Of a DNA stretch of 64,000 bases, positions 10,752-24,150 are shown piece by piece. The DNA is taken from contig NW_027192208.1 of the NCBI RefSeq assembly GCF_041956535.1, positions 33,014-97,013 on the forward strand. Reading direction: 5' to 3'. The notes below the pieces were generated by a model, which was given only the letters and a program-made list of their open reading frames with translations, searched no databases and was not told the DNA's origin. Origin of the DNA: Calcarisporiella thermophila CBS 279.70 (Eukaryota > Fungi > Calcarisporiellomycota). Position 1 is the stretch's first letter, and each line of letters opens with the position of its first letter. A program made the translations under genes and the position numbers.

Positions 10752-13324
10752 TTACTCTCTTTCATCCTGCTCCTTCCTTACTACTCTCCTTAATGCTCGA
10801 TAGGTATGTGCATTTGGCTCTATTCCCGCCTCCTTCATCTCTAGTACAGCATTCCTTGCCCGCTTAATTTCACCCATACGTGAGAGGCCGTCGATTAGAG
10901 AAGTGTATGTGATAACATTTGGCTTAATTCCTTCTGACTGCATTTGTGTCATGGCACGCATCGCTCCATCAATGTCCCGTGCATAGAGGTGACCTCGCAT
11001 CAAGCAAGTGTAGGTGGCGACTGTTGGGGTGATCCCTAGGTGCCGCATATCTTCAAGGACACGATACGCGGCGCCAAGGTCGTTGTGTCGAAGGAAATGA
11101 CGAATAAATGTCGTGTGCATATAGGCATCTTTGGGGCAAGTTACCGATAATGTGTTCTCCGTCGTTGTTTTATCTTCTATAGGTTTTGGCGTTGGGAAAA
11201 CACGAAACTGCTTAGCGAACTGCTCATAAATGACATGGATATCCCGCCGTGATGCAAATGCTAATCGTGCATTTAAGAGAGTAGTATAAGATTTGAAACT
11301 GGGAACAGGGTATTTATTCTGGATTATCGAAGCGCCCGAATCGTTAGTACTTCGATCATCACCTCTTTCAGGCTTATTACTGAAAAAGCGAGCAAGCATA
11401 TCAATTGCTCCAACATAATCTTTTGCCTCCATATGTAGTTCCGCGATGCTGGTAGCCATAACCTCGTTTAACTTGACAGACGGGTTTCGAGACATTTTTC
11501 GGAAGATCCGCCAAGCTCTCCTCAGATCTCGATTTCGTAAGAAGCCTTTGAGTAATATTGCATATGTGTATATATCTGGTTTCACGCCTGCTTTCATCAT
11601 GCTGAGATAGAAACTCTCTGCAGTTCGCATATCGAGCTTCTGAGTAGAACTGTGTATTATAGCGTTGTAAGTGACTAGATTAGGCTCGGCCCCCGCGCGC
11701 TTCATCTCACTAAAAAGTCGCTCAGCATTATCTACATCTGCTCTACGCATATATCCATCAATCAAAGTGGTGAATGCATAAACATTTGGCATAAGCTGCG
11801 ATTCATAGAGACGGTCAAACCATGTCCGTGCCTCTTCCATCTTCCCTTGGAGAACATATCCATGAACAATACACACGTATGCAATCAGATTATGGCACAT
11901 GCCTTCGGCTCGCATTTGATCAAAACAATGCAACGCCTTATCCATATCTCCTCTAGTAGCATATCCATGAATAAGCGACGTGTATACATATTCGTTCGGC
12001 CGCAATCCATTTTCACGCATAGCGTTGTAGAGTGATATCGCTGTGTCCATGTCCGTTTGCTGAACATGACCATGGATTAGAGCTCCATACAACTTGATGT
12101 CAGGAGATATCCTCAGTTCGAGCATTTGATTCCATCGGCGGGTTGCTGCGGGCATATCCTTCACTCGAATATATCCGAATATGAGTTGACGAAGCAATAT
12201 TTGCCTTGCTGTGGCATCAGTGCAGCGTTGAAACGCACTATCGCAAATTTGGGCTGCCTCTTCCATTTTTCCCGCCATAGAGAAAGAATAAGTAGCAGAA
12301 ATACACATGGATCGCCAGGTTTTCTCATACACGCCTCGGGACTCGCAGCATTGGAAAATCTTAATGGCCTCATCGAAGAGACCAAGATCTAGTAAGCGTC
12401 GATAGTGCGAAAGAAATTCGCGGTGTTTATACGGATTGTGTCCTGCTTGAAGCATGTCAAGAATTGTACGTGCTGCATCATGGGGTGCTTCTATACTCCA
12501 ATAGTAGTCAATCACCTCTCGATATGTTTTTCGGAAAAGACAAGTTTTAGAAGAACGCATGCGCATGAGCAGTGAATTCAAGGCGGAAGTGTCTCCCCGC
12601 AATAAATGAAACCGAGTTAACACCCACAAAGATCGTTTATCCTCAGTTTCAATATGAAAGGTTTCGAGTTCCTCCACTAGATTTCTCCATCTTGGCCCTA
12701 GAATGGAGTGGTCCAGCTCATTTCTTGCTATCGAAAGTAAAGCTGAAAGATCTCCAGAACGTAGAAAATCAAGCGATCTCGACTCTCCTCTAACATTTTC
12801 CAATGCGGCAAGTAGGCGTGGGCTCATGCTTGCTGTACAGTAGGTTTTATCGCGTTTTTGGCGAAGCAATTCGGAAATCTCTTTAAAGGGGTCGACATGG
12901 ATAGGCGAAGTAAACTCTTTTTTAGGGATATTCTAAAATAATGCACCCCAGTTTGTAAATCGCATTCAACATTAAATATAATTAAAAAGTATTACATTAT
13001 CTCTCGAAACTGATGGTATTGTATCCTCAAGATAATCTTCAGGTGAGTATATCTAAATTCCAATCGAACAAGTCAATTTATAGGAGATTCTCAATAAATG
13101 TGAAGGATGTTCTTACACTACTACTTTTACGCTCTCTTATAAAAGAATTATTGGAAATGTTTTCGTGTGCATGTTTGGAGGAGAGGAAATCTATAGCTGA
13201 TGCACATTTCCTTACATGTGCCTAAACTGAAGAGGTTATACAAAATGTTGTGAGGCCTTAAGGTCTCAAAGTGTACCTTGTGACTCAGTGAGCGCAGCAC
13301 TCTTGTAGATCTTGCAAGGAACAT
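10752..13324 (-). CDS. Mitochondrial pentatricopeptide-repeat (PPR) protein
   Basis: Many 35-aa repeats (e.g. VYTSLIHGYATRGDMDKALHCFDQMRAEGM, TYTSLIDGLSRMGEIKRA). Probable short 5' exons start MFLARSTRVLRSLSHK, which resembles a mitochondrial presequence. The 5' exon structure is tentative. Confidence 0.85.
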
Positions 13325-13607
13325 GCTCTTCCTCCACGAGTATATTATATAATCTTACAGGAAATGGTATGATAAAGGGGGTGTGGTCCTATAATATTTA
13401 TTTCAGTGGCTGCCTTCTATTTAATAGTCACAAACTCAATTCGATTACTCGGTCGTTTTAAACAGAATTCAGATATAGACTTCCTATCAAGATGGTGCCA
13501 AAAATTGGTAACCTCTATTGAAAAGAATAAGTGTAATTCCAGAGAAATGATATTTTTAAACAAGGATAATATATTAGACAATAAATATTTATAAAGTAAA
13601 AAAATTA

Positions 13608-15246
13608 CTACACTTGATCGTAGAACACATGCACCAGTTGATATCGAATCAAAAATGCAAGTGCTGTGCCTGCTACTTGGACAAGCACCACTGCTGTTGC
13701 CAGGTCCCGCTCTGACATTGGACCGAGTCTAAGTAATATGAGATTTAGCAAGGTAAGGTTGTTGATTTCGCGCTTTTTTGTCCCTTTATTTTCCGTCACA
13801 CGCACGAGCCCTAGCAGTTCAAATAGATGCAAGCACATTCGACCAAGGGTCGAAGTCTTCTCTATCGAGGTTCGAGAGTATTCAAGTTTTCCCGTTTTGA
13901 CGTTCAGAATAGGCATGCGATGCCTAGGACATTTAACGAGGCCAAATAGTTGTGGAGCGGAATAGAGAAAATTGAAAATTTGTGGTAAGAACATAAGAAG
14001 CATTGTCTTGCTGAAATGGCCGAGAATGCCCACTACAGCAAATATCATCCCTGCGAAATAACAATATGTATCCCCTACAAACACGCGCGATGGATACCTG
14101 TGTCAATTGATTCAGTTATAATTACCTTGTGTTAGAAATAATTCATTATAAGTGGCGTTTTACCAGTTGTGATATAAAAGTCCAAGAGACGCGCCGATAA
14201 ATGGAAGCAAAAAATACATCGAAAAAAGATGTGCCTCCATACATGATTTATCGCCATACTGCAGAATAAGCAAATCGTTCAGGACAATCGATAGCCCAAT
14301 TACCACCGATTGAGCCACCTCCACACCATTGATCCCGGCTAGAATATTTATCGCATTCGTACAGAAAATCGCCACCATGCCCATGTAAACATAGTATAAA
14401 ACCCCTGTCGAGATGATATGTAACGTATATATAAATTTATGCTATTCTACAATCCATATATTAAATCTTACCCAAATGTAGCCAGTGTCCTAATATTGGA
14501 CGCAGGGGTACAGGCACAACAACCGAGGTACCCCCCTGATCCGCAAAATATACCATAAGCAGCGGAATAGAGGCCACACCCGGCAAAAAAAGTTTATATC
14601 GCCACCTAATGTCAAATACATCATCTGCAAATCCGAGAAATACCATGGATTGAACTGAAAGCAGCGCAGATAGAAAACTTCCCAACTGTCACATAGTTCA
14701 ACAAAAATAGCATCAATGATATTGGAAATTAACAAGGCAAAAAAATTATATAAGAAAATTAAGTAAAAACTCACCTTATGATGTGGAAATGTTCCTATTT
14801 GTACGGGCTCAGAAGACTCAGGTCGATGTGCCAGATTGCCATTGAACCATTCAAGAAAGGGAAAAGGAATGAAGAGGAACATGCAAACTAAGTATACAAG
14901 CGCACACACCATTCCCATACTCTCGGGTCTATCAAATATTCGATTAACTTTCGTAATGTGACAGAAAAAAAAGCATCAATCTTATTCACTACATAGTAGG
15001 TTTATTTTTCTTGTTCACATCGACCCCTGTGAGGTGAGCACGCACAAAAACCTGGTGTAGCTTGGGGATTAGTTTCCATGTGGAGATAAAGGCAAGCGTC
15101 ATGAATCCAAGGGAGATACTGATGGTATGATGGACCGATGATGGAAGGTCCATCGCCATTTTGATTTTATAATACTGGGCAATGCCAAAAGTGGCTCCGA
15201 ATAGAATGAAAAGAGACAAAGAAACGAGGTGGTGGCTTGTCTTCAT
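13608..15246 (-). CDS. ALG7: UDP-GlcNAc:dolichyl-phosphate GlcNAc-1-phosphate transferase
   Basis: Motifs [48 protein letters not shown] and CPRHRMP; multi-exon. Confidence 0.96.
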
Positions 15247-15489
15247 AAGAATTTATTTCGCTTTACAAAATTCAAAATATATGTATAGATATAAACGTAG
15301 CTATCGTACTCGGAATCTAATGCAAAATATGAGAATGATGACTTGATAGAGAGTAGTAAATTCGATGTATTGGAGATTAAAATAAGTACGAATCGATATC
15401 AATAACAGATCTAAATGAGTATTCAAAGTCTGAAATAAAATATTCAAAGGTTTATTTATAAAATTTAAATTTTTTTTCTCTCTATAAAT

Positions 15490-17215
15490 TTACACCAATT
15501 TACTATTGCTATTTTCGGGTCCCTTAGGAGCAGACGCGAAAGAGCTGGATTTAGAAAAGAGCATCTCCAAAGAACCTACGACTTTTAAAACTTCCTTCTG
15601 GAATGCAATTTCTTGCCTCACTTTGTCCCTGAGTCGGAACATCAACTCGTCGATAAGAGGGGATTGCCCAAGGACAGGACGATACATATCAATCACTGTG
15701 TTTGCAACATCAACTAGTAATGAGGTATATCTAGGGTTATTAATATATCGGACTAGAAATTGGACCACTGGTTCGAGAGAAAGGTCATCTCTCCCTGATA
15801 GTGCCTGTTTTAGACCATCACGGTGAACTAGCTCCTGCAACAGTGAAACTGTCGTAAGAGCGGGCTTGTTGGTGCGGAGTACAGCGTCAAGCGCATTTCC
15901 ATACTGAAATGCCTTCAAATAGCGGTCGTAATCGCGTAACCTTCTTCGACGCTTTGCTTCAACTAGAAAATCGTCTGCGGAAGCGCTGTGATTTTGTCCG
16001 CGCATAAAATACTGGTAGGTGCCACCACGAGCTGCGATTGCTTGGCGTTTACGTGCCACTTCCTGGGGCCTAACTTGACGCTGACGGATAGAAAGTAGTC
16101 CGTTATGCATACCAGTCACCAAAAGAGAGTCATCGGGCTAAAGTTAAGAGTAAAGAGTGTTGAAGTAAATGTGAAGATGCATTAACTTGGCACAATAACA
16201 TACGGATAAAGCAACGCTAAGTACTGGCAAAGAGTATTTAACACTGTGCACAACGCGATAGTCCTGCACATTGTAGACCTTCACGTGCTGATCCAAGCTA
16301 CCTGTTAACAGGCGTGAATATCCGCTATCAAAGCACAGGCTCGTCACAGTTTTCTGATGGCCCGAAACAGTCTGCAGTAATCGCCCACCGGACAACAAGT
16401 CAAACACTTTGAACTGAGGACCCCCTGCTGCGACAACCATTCCACCACCAGGGAATGAAACTACATCCTCAACTGGCGCACCATATGGCATTGTGATCGC
16501 GCAATCACCTGAACGCAGATCCAATAGGCGTACTGTCTGGTCATAAGCACCAGAAAGTACCAAGTGTGGGTTATCTTCGAATACTATTCCCGAGCGAACG
16601 TAATCCGTATGTTTATCAAATGTGTGTACGATATTTTCCGTCGCTAAATCCCAAACTCTCACTGTCTTATCATCAGAACAAGTCAAAAGTGAAGTCTTAT
16701 TTGGCGAAAACTTAGTGACATGCACAGGTCTGGTCAAGATTAAATTAATAATTGATCAGATTAATACCATATAATAAGCAATCCCTTACAATTTGTGCTC
16801 GCGAAAAGTTCTTAAAATTGCTCTACTATTCACGTCAAATACCTGCACCAACCCAGTTTCATCACCTGCGACAAGCAATCGTCCATCGGAACGGAAGCTG
16901 GCACCATAAGCAACGTCTTTGAATCTTGAAATAGTCTTACGCACAGAATGTGTTTTAGATGAATATATTTGAACTCGAGCAGAAGAGGTCACTGCAAAAT
17001 CATAGGGAGCAACAGGTGAAAAATTCACTGAGGTTACAGGACCATATTCTTTGATTAAGATAGGAGACTGTCAAGGCATAATATTAAACACTATTCTGGA
17101 CACAACTAAAACAATCAATTACCTTAAATTTTCTCCAATATCTCTCTTCGGGTGTCTTTCTTCCCGGTAGACGAGGATATTTCTTGATTGTTAATTTTCT
17201 GTATTCTGTTGACAT
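15490..17215 (-). CDS. UTP15: U3 snoRNP-associated WD40 protein Utp15
   Basis: N-terminus MSTEYRKLTIKK..TPEERYWRKFK, WD40 repeats (ISRFKDVAYGASFRSDGRLL) and the UTP15 C-terminal domain (LRDYDRYLKAFQYGNALD). Confidence 0.95.
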
Positions 17216-17276
17216 TGTTCGAACAGTATACCCTAAGGAGATCAAACACTATTAAAGTCAAAAAAAATAGAGGATG

Positions 17277-17353
17277 TGTGACTGCAGAATTGTCAACAAT
17301 AAAAAAAGTTATCCCCATGGTGAAATGCTTGCTACATACAGGGTACAGTCACA
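17277..17353. promoter_or_regulatory. Pair of Homol-D-like boxes upstream of UTP15
   Basis: TGTGACTG at 17277-17284 and CAGTCACA at 17346-17353, in inverted orientation, about 60-140 nt upstream of the ATG. Homol-D is a known ribosomal-protein gene promoter element in S. pombe and other fungi. Confidence 0.5.
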
Positions 17354-17632
17354 GAATTATTACTCGATTTTACTATTCCCATTTATTCACTAGTTTCCTT
17401 GATAACTTATAAGTATATGAAAAGAATAAAGCTCCAAATTCAGTCGAAAAGCGTGCGATGGAGATAGAGCATAGAAAATTAGATTTTAATCGACATAAAC
17501 AAGAGATTCGTAAGAACAATATAGGAACAAATGGCGATATACACAATTCTTAGAATCATATAATACTGATGGGTGCTACATAAAATCAAACGCTCGGTAC
17601 TTCTAGGGGCTAAAACTACTATGTAAATAGCA

Positions 17633-18202
17633 CTACTGGTTGTAATCCATCTTCGTCTGTCCCTCTACTTTTCGTGCCACTCCTTTTTGCGCGATTGAAT
17701 CATCACCGGTCCACTCTCCTACCTTCTGTTGGATAAATCCTTTTGTTTTATCTTGTGCGCCAGATACATATTCCGCTGCAGTGGCCTGTTGGTGTTCAAC
17801 TTCACCTTCGCGACGTTGTTTTGCGCCTGCTTGAGCAGTATCAGCGCTTCCAAACATTGCCCCAGTTTGTTCCTTGACACCACCAACAAGAGTGTTGTAG
17901 TTACCACGAGTCTTGTCGGGTTCCTGCTCTCGAGCAAGTCGGCGTGCCTCCTCAAGTTCGCGGTTGCCTGCATCTTTCAGATTAGCACCTGCCTGCTCAA
18001 GGTTGGTATTGCCAATAATACGACCGGTTTGTTCTTGTGTAACCCCGGTGGCTAATATACGAGAAATACGCACAATGATTTCAATAACAATGGATATAAG
18101 AGCAAAAAATAACTAAACGCTAAGATATATACCATAGTTTAAATAAGCATTCACAGTCGAGGGCTGCGACTTTTGCTGCTGATCCTTGTTATCAGAAGAC
18201 AT
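17633..18202 (-). CDS. CsbD-repeat / LEA-like stress protein
   Basis: Exon MSSDNKDQQQKSQPSTVNAYLNY, an intron, then three repeats of G..QE/KE..G...G..L...G...K.EG. A 5'-UTR intron (~18303-18218) and a TATA near 18380 are also visible. Confidence 0.8.
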
Positions 18203-18642
18203 TTTCGACTTGTATTGCTGAAAATTTAAAATTATTAGCTGCGATATCCTACAGGGACTTGTCTCAGGTGTTTCGACAAGAGAAAATGTGAAGAATACTT
18301 ACGTTTATGCTTTTTAATTCAAAGATATTTAAAATCAATTGAAGAAGTGTTGGGTAGGAATGAGACAAAAAATATCAATTTATATACTCTTGAAAGCGGC
18401 GTCACTTTCCATTCTATCTCTTTCCCGCACAATGATGAAAGTAGTTTGGCGTCGATTCAAGTTTGGTTTTGGTTACTTGGTGGCGAATCGAGCTACTGTG
18501 ATTGGTGGATGAAAATCTAATATAGATAAGTCCAAGCATGCAATTTTTATGAATTCTTTTAACAAAATTTTATTGATATCAAACAGAATAAAATCACATC
18601 AGTTAGAACAAAAGCCTGAGAAACTATCTAAGCTTGACTCCT

Positions 18643-19378
18643 TTATTTATCTCTAATTGACTTGTGCGCATCCCATTCTCTCGATTTAATGGCCTGTAGC
18701 TTACGCTGAACGTTCGCATCTCTCGCTTCCCTATGCAATATGGACAGTTGGCATTTGTCAATATAGGAGAAAGTAGGTTGATATCATTACTTCATCTCTT
18801 GTAGCAATTTGGTCTCTCTCTCTTTCTTCTCTTGTTCCGACTTATCCTTCTCAATTCTTCTAAGCTCTTCTCCTTTAAGGTGTTCCTCGCGCTCCGTAAC
18901 TTCTTCAAAAGCCCTGATATCATCCTCTACTTCCTGTATTTTACAAAATATTTGCTTCCTTTAATGTAAACACTATGAAAAATAGAAAAATCAATATTTT
19001 TACAAGGCGCTTCCGATTAATCTCTTCATTTTGAATTCTGATTCTCTCCATCCTTTTAATAAGGTCATCTTCTTGCAAATGATGGTACGCGTTTCCCCCG
19101 GATAAAACACGATCTGGGTTTACATATCCCTTGCTTGTAGATTGTTTTTCGTTTTTAGCCTCATCTCGCTCATCTCTTTTTGAATAATTGTGTCGGCTTT
19201 GACAAGAGAAGCGCTTTTTTGATGGATGGAGAGCTTTAGTGGGAGATTTGGGGGTAGTATCGGAGGAAGAATTAGTAATGGGGTGATTAGAGTGTGATTT
19301 GTTAAGATTTGTAGGTGATTCGTGCTCTGGTAAATGTGACCATATCGAACTGGTGGAATCTTGGGTAGAAGTACTCAT
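18643..19378 (-). CDS. Hypothetical coiled-coil protein
   Basis: Three exons give VNPDRVLSGG..LIKRMERIRIQNEEI..EVEDDIRAF..RDANVQRKLQAIKSREWDAHK*, with canonical introns. Function not identified. Confidence 0.7.
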
Positions 19379-20425
19379 TTTGTTCGTGTTTCCATAAAAT
19401 TGCTGAATAATTTTCCTCAGATACGAGAAAAATACAGCCACAATTGACAAATTCTTTATTCAATATAAAGTGCATCATGATATTAATCCATTAAGTGACC
19501 AAGAACTATTACCATTGGACTAAAGGCACTCGCTTTTCCTTTCAGATGCAGGCTACAAATTCTAATTTTCTATCGCAAGTATCATCAAGCGATTTGGAAG
19601 CATTCTTGAATATAAAAGTGGCATATTAATCCAGATTGATAGTGATTCTGCATTCATATCGAATTTTTAGAATAGAGACTTGATACAATTTCCTTGTGTT
19701 CACAATCAATCTTGATTAATACTATAGCAATTCTTGTTACTAGGACCAGTACATACCTTGGAAATTATATCTACCATGAAATCTTGGCCTTTTGTGCTAT
19801 TACCCGAAACTATATCAGCTATGAAGCCAATGTTCAAAACTTAACTGAATTTCATTTGGATGTGTATTTAGTTTATCCACACAAAGTCAATTCATGCGGA
19901 ATAGGAATCAATGAACTCATTTTTTCACACTTTCATTTTAAGTAATACAAGATGGATTATTCAGACCGCCTTCAGGACAATGTTTAGGATCATGCCATAG
20001 CCTCGGCAAGAATTATAGAGTGATATCCTGAGCCCAATTTCTTTTCTTGCCACTTAATCTCTCAAATGTCCTAATCCAAAAGTTATATTTGCCATTTACA
20101 CTATCCCAAATGTACTCAGCTCAATAACATATTCCTTTTTGCCAGCCAGAATTATAGCTGAATGGAATATTAGAGATAGAAGACAAATGCTATTATGTAT
20201 ATTAAATTGGATCCTTCTGATATATTCTGAAATCAACACTGCGCTTTTGCCACTGAAATACGAACTTTTGCGATGGTTTATGATTCTTACACACCCTTGT
20301 ATAAAAGAAGATCGTCTAAAACTGAGCCATAACATGGATTTCAACTTGTTGACAAGGATCTTGTACACATAGTATATGAGACCACTCTATTACCTTATGG
20401 TTATTATTTATATCTGAGGTTTATA

Positions 20426-21682
20426 ATGCTCTATCTACCAGATTTTTGCTTATGTTGGTGGCATGTGCTTACAACACTGGCAATATTATCTACATTCTCC
20501 AGTAGCTCCTTCTTCTTTGCTACTGCTCAGTCAAATCTAAATGGCTCGACCTTCAGTTTTTCTCCAGCCAATTCGCTTGCGCAAGGATTGCTCTCCATCC
20601 CAGAATCTCCAGACCCTTATACACTCAATAGACAACAAGTCGAAGTGCTACGTACTTACACCAAAATGGCATTCAATGCGGGCTGTCCTTTCAAATCAAG
20701 TGCTTATGATTGCAAAGCCTATTGTAACGAATTTCCCAACATGAAAGACGTTTCTTACTACTACGACAACATTTCTGCCGAGGGAGGATATGTAGCAATA
20801 GACGATGTTCGAAAGGTGGTAGTGGTTGCTTTTTCATGGTTGATGTGGCCACAGAATATTGCGGAACTTATGGTTGCCCCTCACATGAACTATCCGAAAG
20901 TGCCTGGCGCAAAAGTTCACTCGGGTATATTCATACATTTGAAAAACATTAACGCGGAGGAAAACTAATTCAAATGCATTTTTGATAGGCGCTTACATGC
21001 TATATAGGAGAATACGCGACAAATTCATTAGTATGATAATGGACAAAACCCGCCGTTATCCTGCCTATGATTTGGAGGTTATTGGTTGGAGCCTTGGAGG
21101 AATGATGGCTTGTTATATGGCTGCGGATCTCTATGACAATAATATTATTCATCCCAAAAAACTCTATTTGATTACACTCGGTCCTCCTGCCCCAGGGAAT
21201 ATCCGCTTTGCTGACTACTACAGCAACGCTGGCTTTCTAATAAAGTCTCTAGTGAATGCTAATGACTTTTGGTATCATCTATTTAGCCTGCGAAATGGCC
21301 GCAAGGTTAGGATGCTTATATCATAATTAAGTAAAAAGTCTTATACTAAATTAGAATTGATCGGATAGCATTTTTCACCTGCGATATACACCGATAAAAC
21401 GGGCATCACTATTCAGTGTAAAGATTCAGGCGATCCCCGATGCTCTGGCACGCTTCCTCCATTCAGAGGTGATCCCGAGGACGTATGCATGTCAATTTCA
21501 CAACGTCATTGGACCAAAGAGTTGCTAACCGGGATACTTTATTCTTTTAGCATATGACCTACTATGGGCTTGAGGGCACCAAAGACACTTGTGCAGGAAT
21601 CTGGATGGATAAATTATTAATGGCTCTAGATAATCTTTGGGCACCAATCTTGGTTTTTTTGTATTCTGTTCAATTATTATAG
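20426..21682 (+). CDS. Secreted lipase class 3 (alpha/beta hydrolase), divergent
   Basis: Four exons. Motifs GAKVHSG, nucleophile GWSLGG, LITLGPPAPGN, VNANDF (Asp) and ED|HMTYYG (His). N-terminal signal and hydrophobic C-terminal tail. Confidence 0.85.
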
Positions 21683-22909
21683 TGTCTACCTGTTGAACGC
21701 TCTGGTGTTTCTGAATACTCACAATATCATCTAATATAGAACTGCTAATAGCAATCACCTTTTCTCTTCTACCTATTCACTGCAAACGATTAATAGAATA
21801 AGATAGTACTAGACAGAGGACTATCCAAACATTAGATAAGGGGCATAATTAACGCTATCCGAAGCAAATTCAAGGGTTTACTTAAACAAATGCCATTTAG
21901 ATAAAATTCCGATTAAATTTTAAGTGGGTTTAAGGCGAAACCCCCCCTCTATATGTGATGTCAAGTACAAGAGATTTAATAAAACGGATCACGAATGGAA
22001 TAGCGATATCGGTTCCCGAGTGAAAAAAAAAACAGCGTTTTGTTTATCCGCAATACGTAAGGCACGTATCCTTTTCAGATTTACCGCATGATTTAATCCG
22101 CTAATGCCTCATCGCGATACCTATAACTATCCAATTCAATGAGTGTAAAAAAAAAAAAAGGAATCAGAAGTTCACCCGATCCAATCTACCGCTCAAGTGA
22201 AAGCTGCGTTCGTTTCTCTTTCTCCGGAGTCGCTCCAAATGCTTTTTGCAGTTGCAATATAGATTGGAGAGATGTCGCGGCTCTTTGAACATTTTACAAT
22301 GGTCTGGGTTTAGGCAATATGCTTAATGAAAATCCTTCGATATAATCAGTCAGAGAATGTAAAGTTTGAAGAATGGCCAGACGTTCTAAAGAAGCTTTCA
22401 ATTTTTGAATTATCCACCTTTCTGCAGTATTGTTTGTTTGGCAGAAGACTGATGGAACTAAAATTTTGTATTTCCCTTCTGCTCTCAATAAATCTATAGC
22501 TGTCACTTCAGGACCATCTGAGAGTGCTTTGCTATACGAGATTCAACTTATCTCGTGTATTTCTAAACTCTTTCATATCCTATTTCACATTCTAAAAATA
22601 AAAATTTCTTTAAATAAAGAAAAGAAAAAAGAAAACAAGTAAACTAATATACCCACATACACACAGAAAACACAGAACAAAAGGATAAAGAAAAGAAGTA
22701 TACAAATATTAAAACATACAACAGGAAATATTAAAAAAGGAGAGAAGAGAGGAACCTTTCAAAATAAAAAAAAGTTGAAAAAAATTGTAAAAAAGACAGG
22801 AAAAAAAATACAAACAAGACCAGAGAGAGAATGTACAAGCAAGAGGATGAAGAGAAAGAGTATTAAAAAAAGAGAGATTAATTAAAACAAAATCTTGTCA
22901 AAATATAAC

Positions 22910-24150
22910 TTAACCTGATGGCCGAGGAAGCGAGGAGGGGGGCGGATAGGTGAACCCTTCAATTTTACCCTCGCCCAGTGTATTCGCAGAAGAATACCCA
23001 CCCTCGGCTCGCCATGCACCACCGGCACCGACTGCCGCGCCTGCCGGTAAAGGCGGATAACGGTAATACATAGCAGCAGCCGATGGATCCATTACCGGTC
23101 GCCCGTAGCTATCAGTGTATGCGGCATAGGCCGTCGGTGGGGGGAAATTTTCGCCGCCTGCACGCATATAGGCACCAGCAGGGTAGCGCATTTCAGTTGC
23201 AGGGGGAAGAGGGTAGAGAGTCGCCGTGGAAGGCGGGTAAATTCTTCCCGTCGGTGGGTAATACATTGCGGGCATCATCATATTGGGTGGCATTGGGCGC
23301 CTACTCTTGTGCTTTGGCATCGCTCTCTTAACTTCGACCTGCAATATACAAAAAATTCAAGCAGCGAATTAAGGTTAGTGAATACGTCCTTGTTCTTTCA
23401 TTTGAAATTTATAGCCACTAAACAAATACGTACTCGTTTGTCGTGTAGCTCCAAATCGGTTCTGCGGAGCACCTCTTCTACACTCTGGCCAGACTCGAAT
23501 ACTACGAATCCAAATCCACGGGACTTACCGCTCTGCCTTGATGTCATCAGGGTAGCATCAAGAACATTTCCAAAACGTGAGAAATAGTCGCGGAACTCCT
23601 CCTCTGATACAGTAGGGGCCACACCGCCAACGAAGATTTTTTCCGTGCGATCCTGCTCTTCGCGAGGTATAGCACGCTTTGGATCCACCTAGTAATCATA
23701 GATTGTAAGCAACCATTCAGCTGATAGGTATCGCAGGAACCGTCAAACCTTCTTGCCATCAAGGACATGCTCCTGCTGTAATACGATCTCCAACACTTCA
23801 GGATCTGCAAATGTCACAAAGCCAAACCCGCGGGAACGTCCGGCCGAATCATGCATAACAACACAATCTTTCACCTGTCCAAACTTTGAAAAGTACTCTG
23901 CCAAGCTTTCTACAAGCCATAAAAAGGATAACAATCAAAACAATAGTAAAATAAGAGACAATTAATTGACATAAGCAATGAAAAATCTATTGAAAGGCAT
24001 TAAATTCTCACCATTCGTGCTCTCCCAGCTCAGCCCTCCAATGAATAGCTTCCTGTAATGGGTGATTCGGTGAAAATAAGCAAGAAGCATTTCCCAAGAT
24101 TAAAATCAATGTGCGAAATTACCCAACTTCATGCCGTACCCTTCGATCAT
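22910..24150 (-). CDS. Two-RRM RNA-binding protein (Musashi/Hrp1/hnRNP A-like)
   Basis: KLFIGGLSWES, RSRGFGFVTF, DPKRAIPREEQDRTEKIFVGG, VEVKRAMPK and a Pro/Tyr/Ala-rich tail. Confidence 0.92.

Noticed and set aside
19694-20372. Several 77-90-aa ORFs between the coiled-coil gene and the lipase
   Set aside because: No motifs, and composition is consistent with random AT-rich ORFs.
22066-22075. GTATCCTTTT, a U12-type 5' splice-site consensus
   Set aside because: Intergenic, with no U12 branch site (TCCTTAAC) or flanking exons found.
22294-22642. Short ORFs and a 10-bp hairpin (~22533-22559) downstream of the RRM gene
   Set aside because: No homology recognised, and such hairpins occur by chance.
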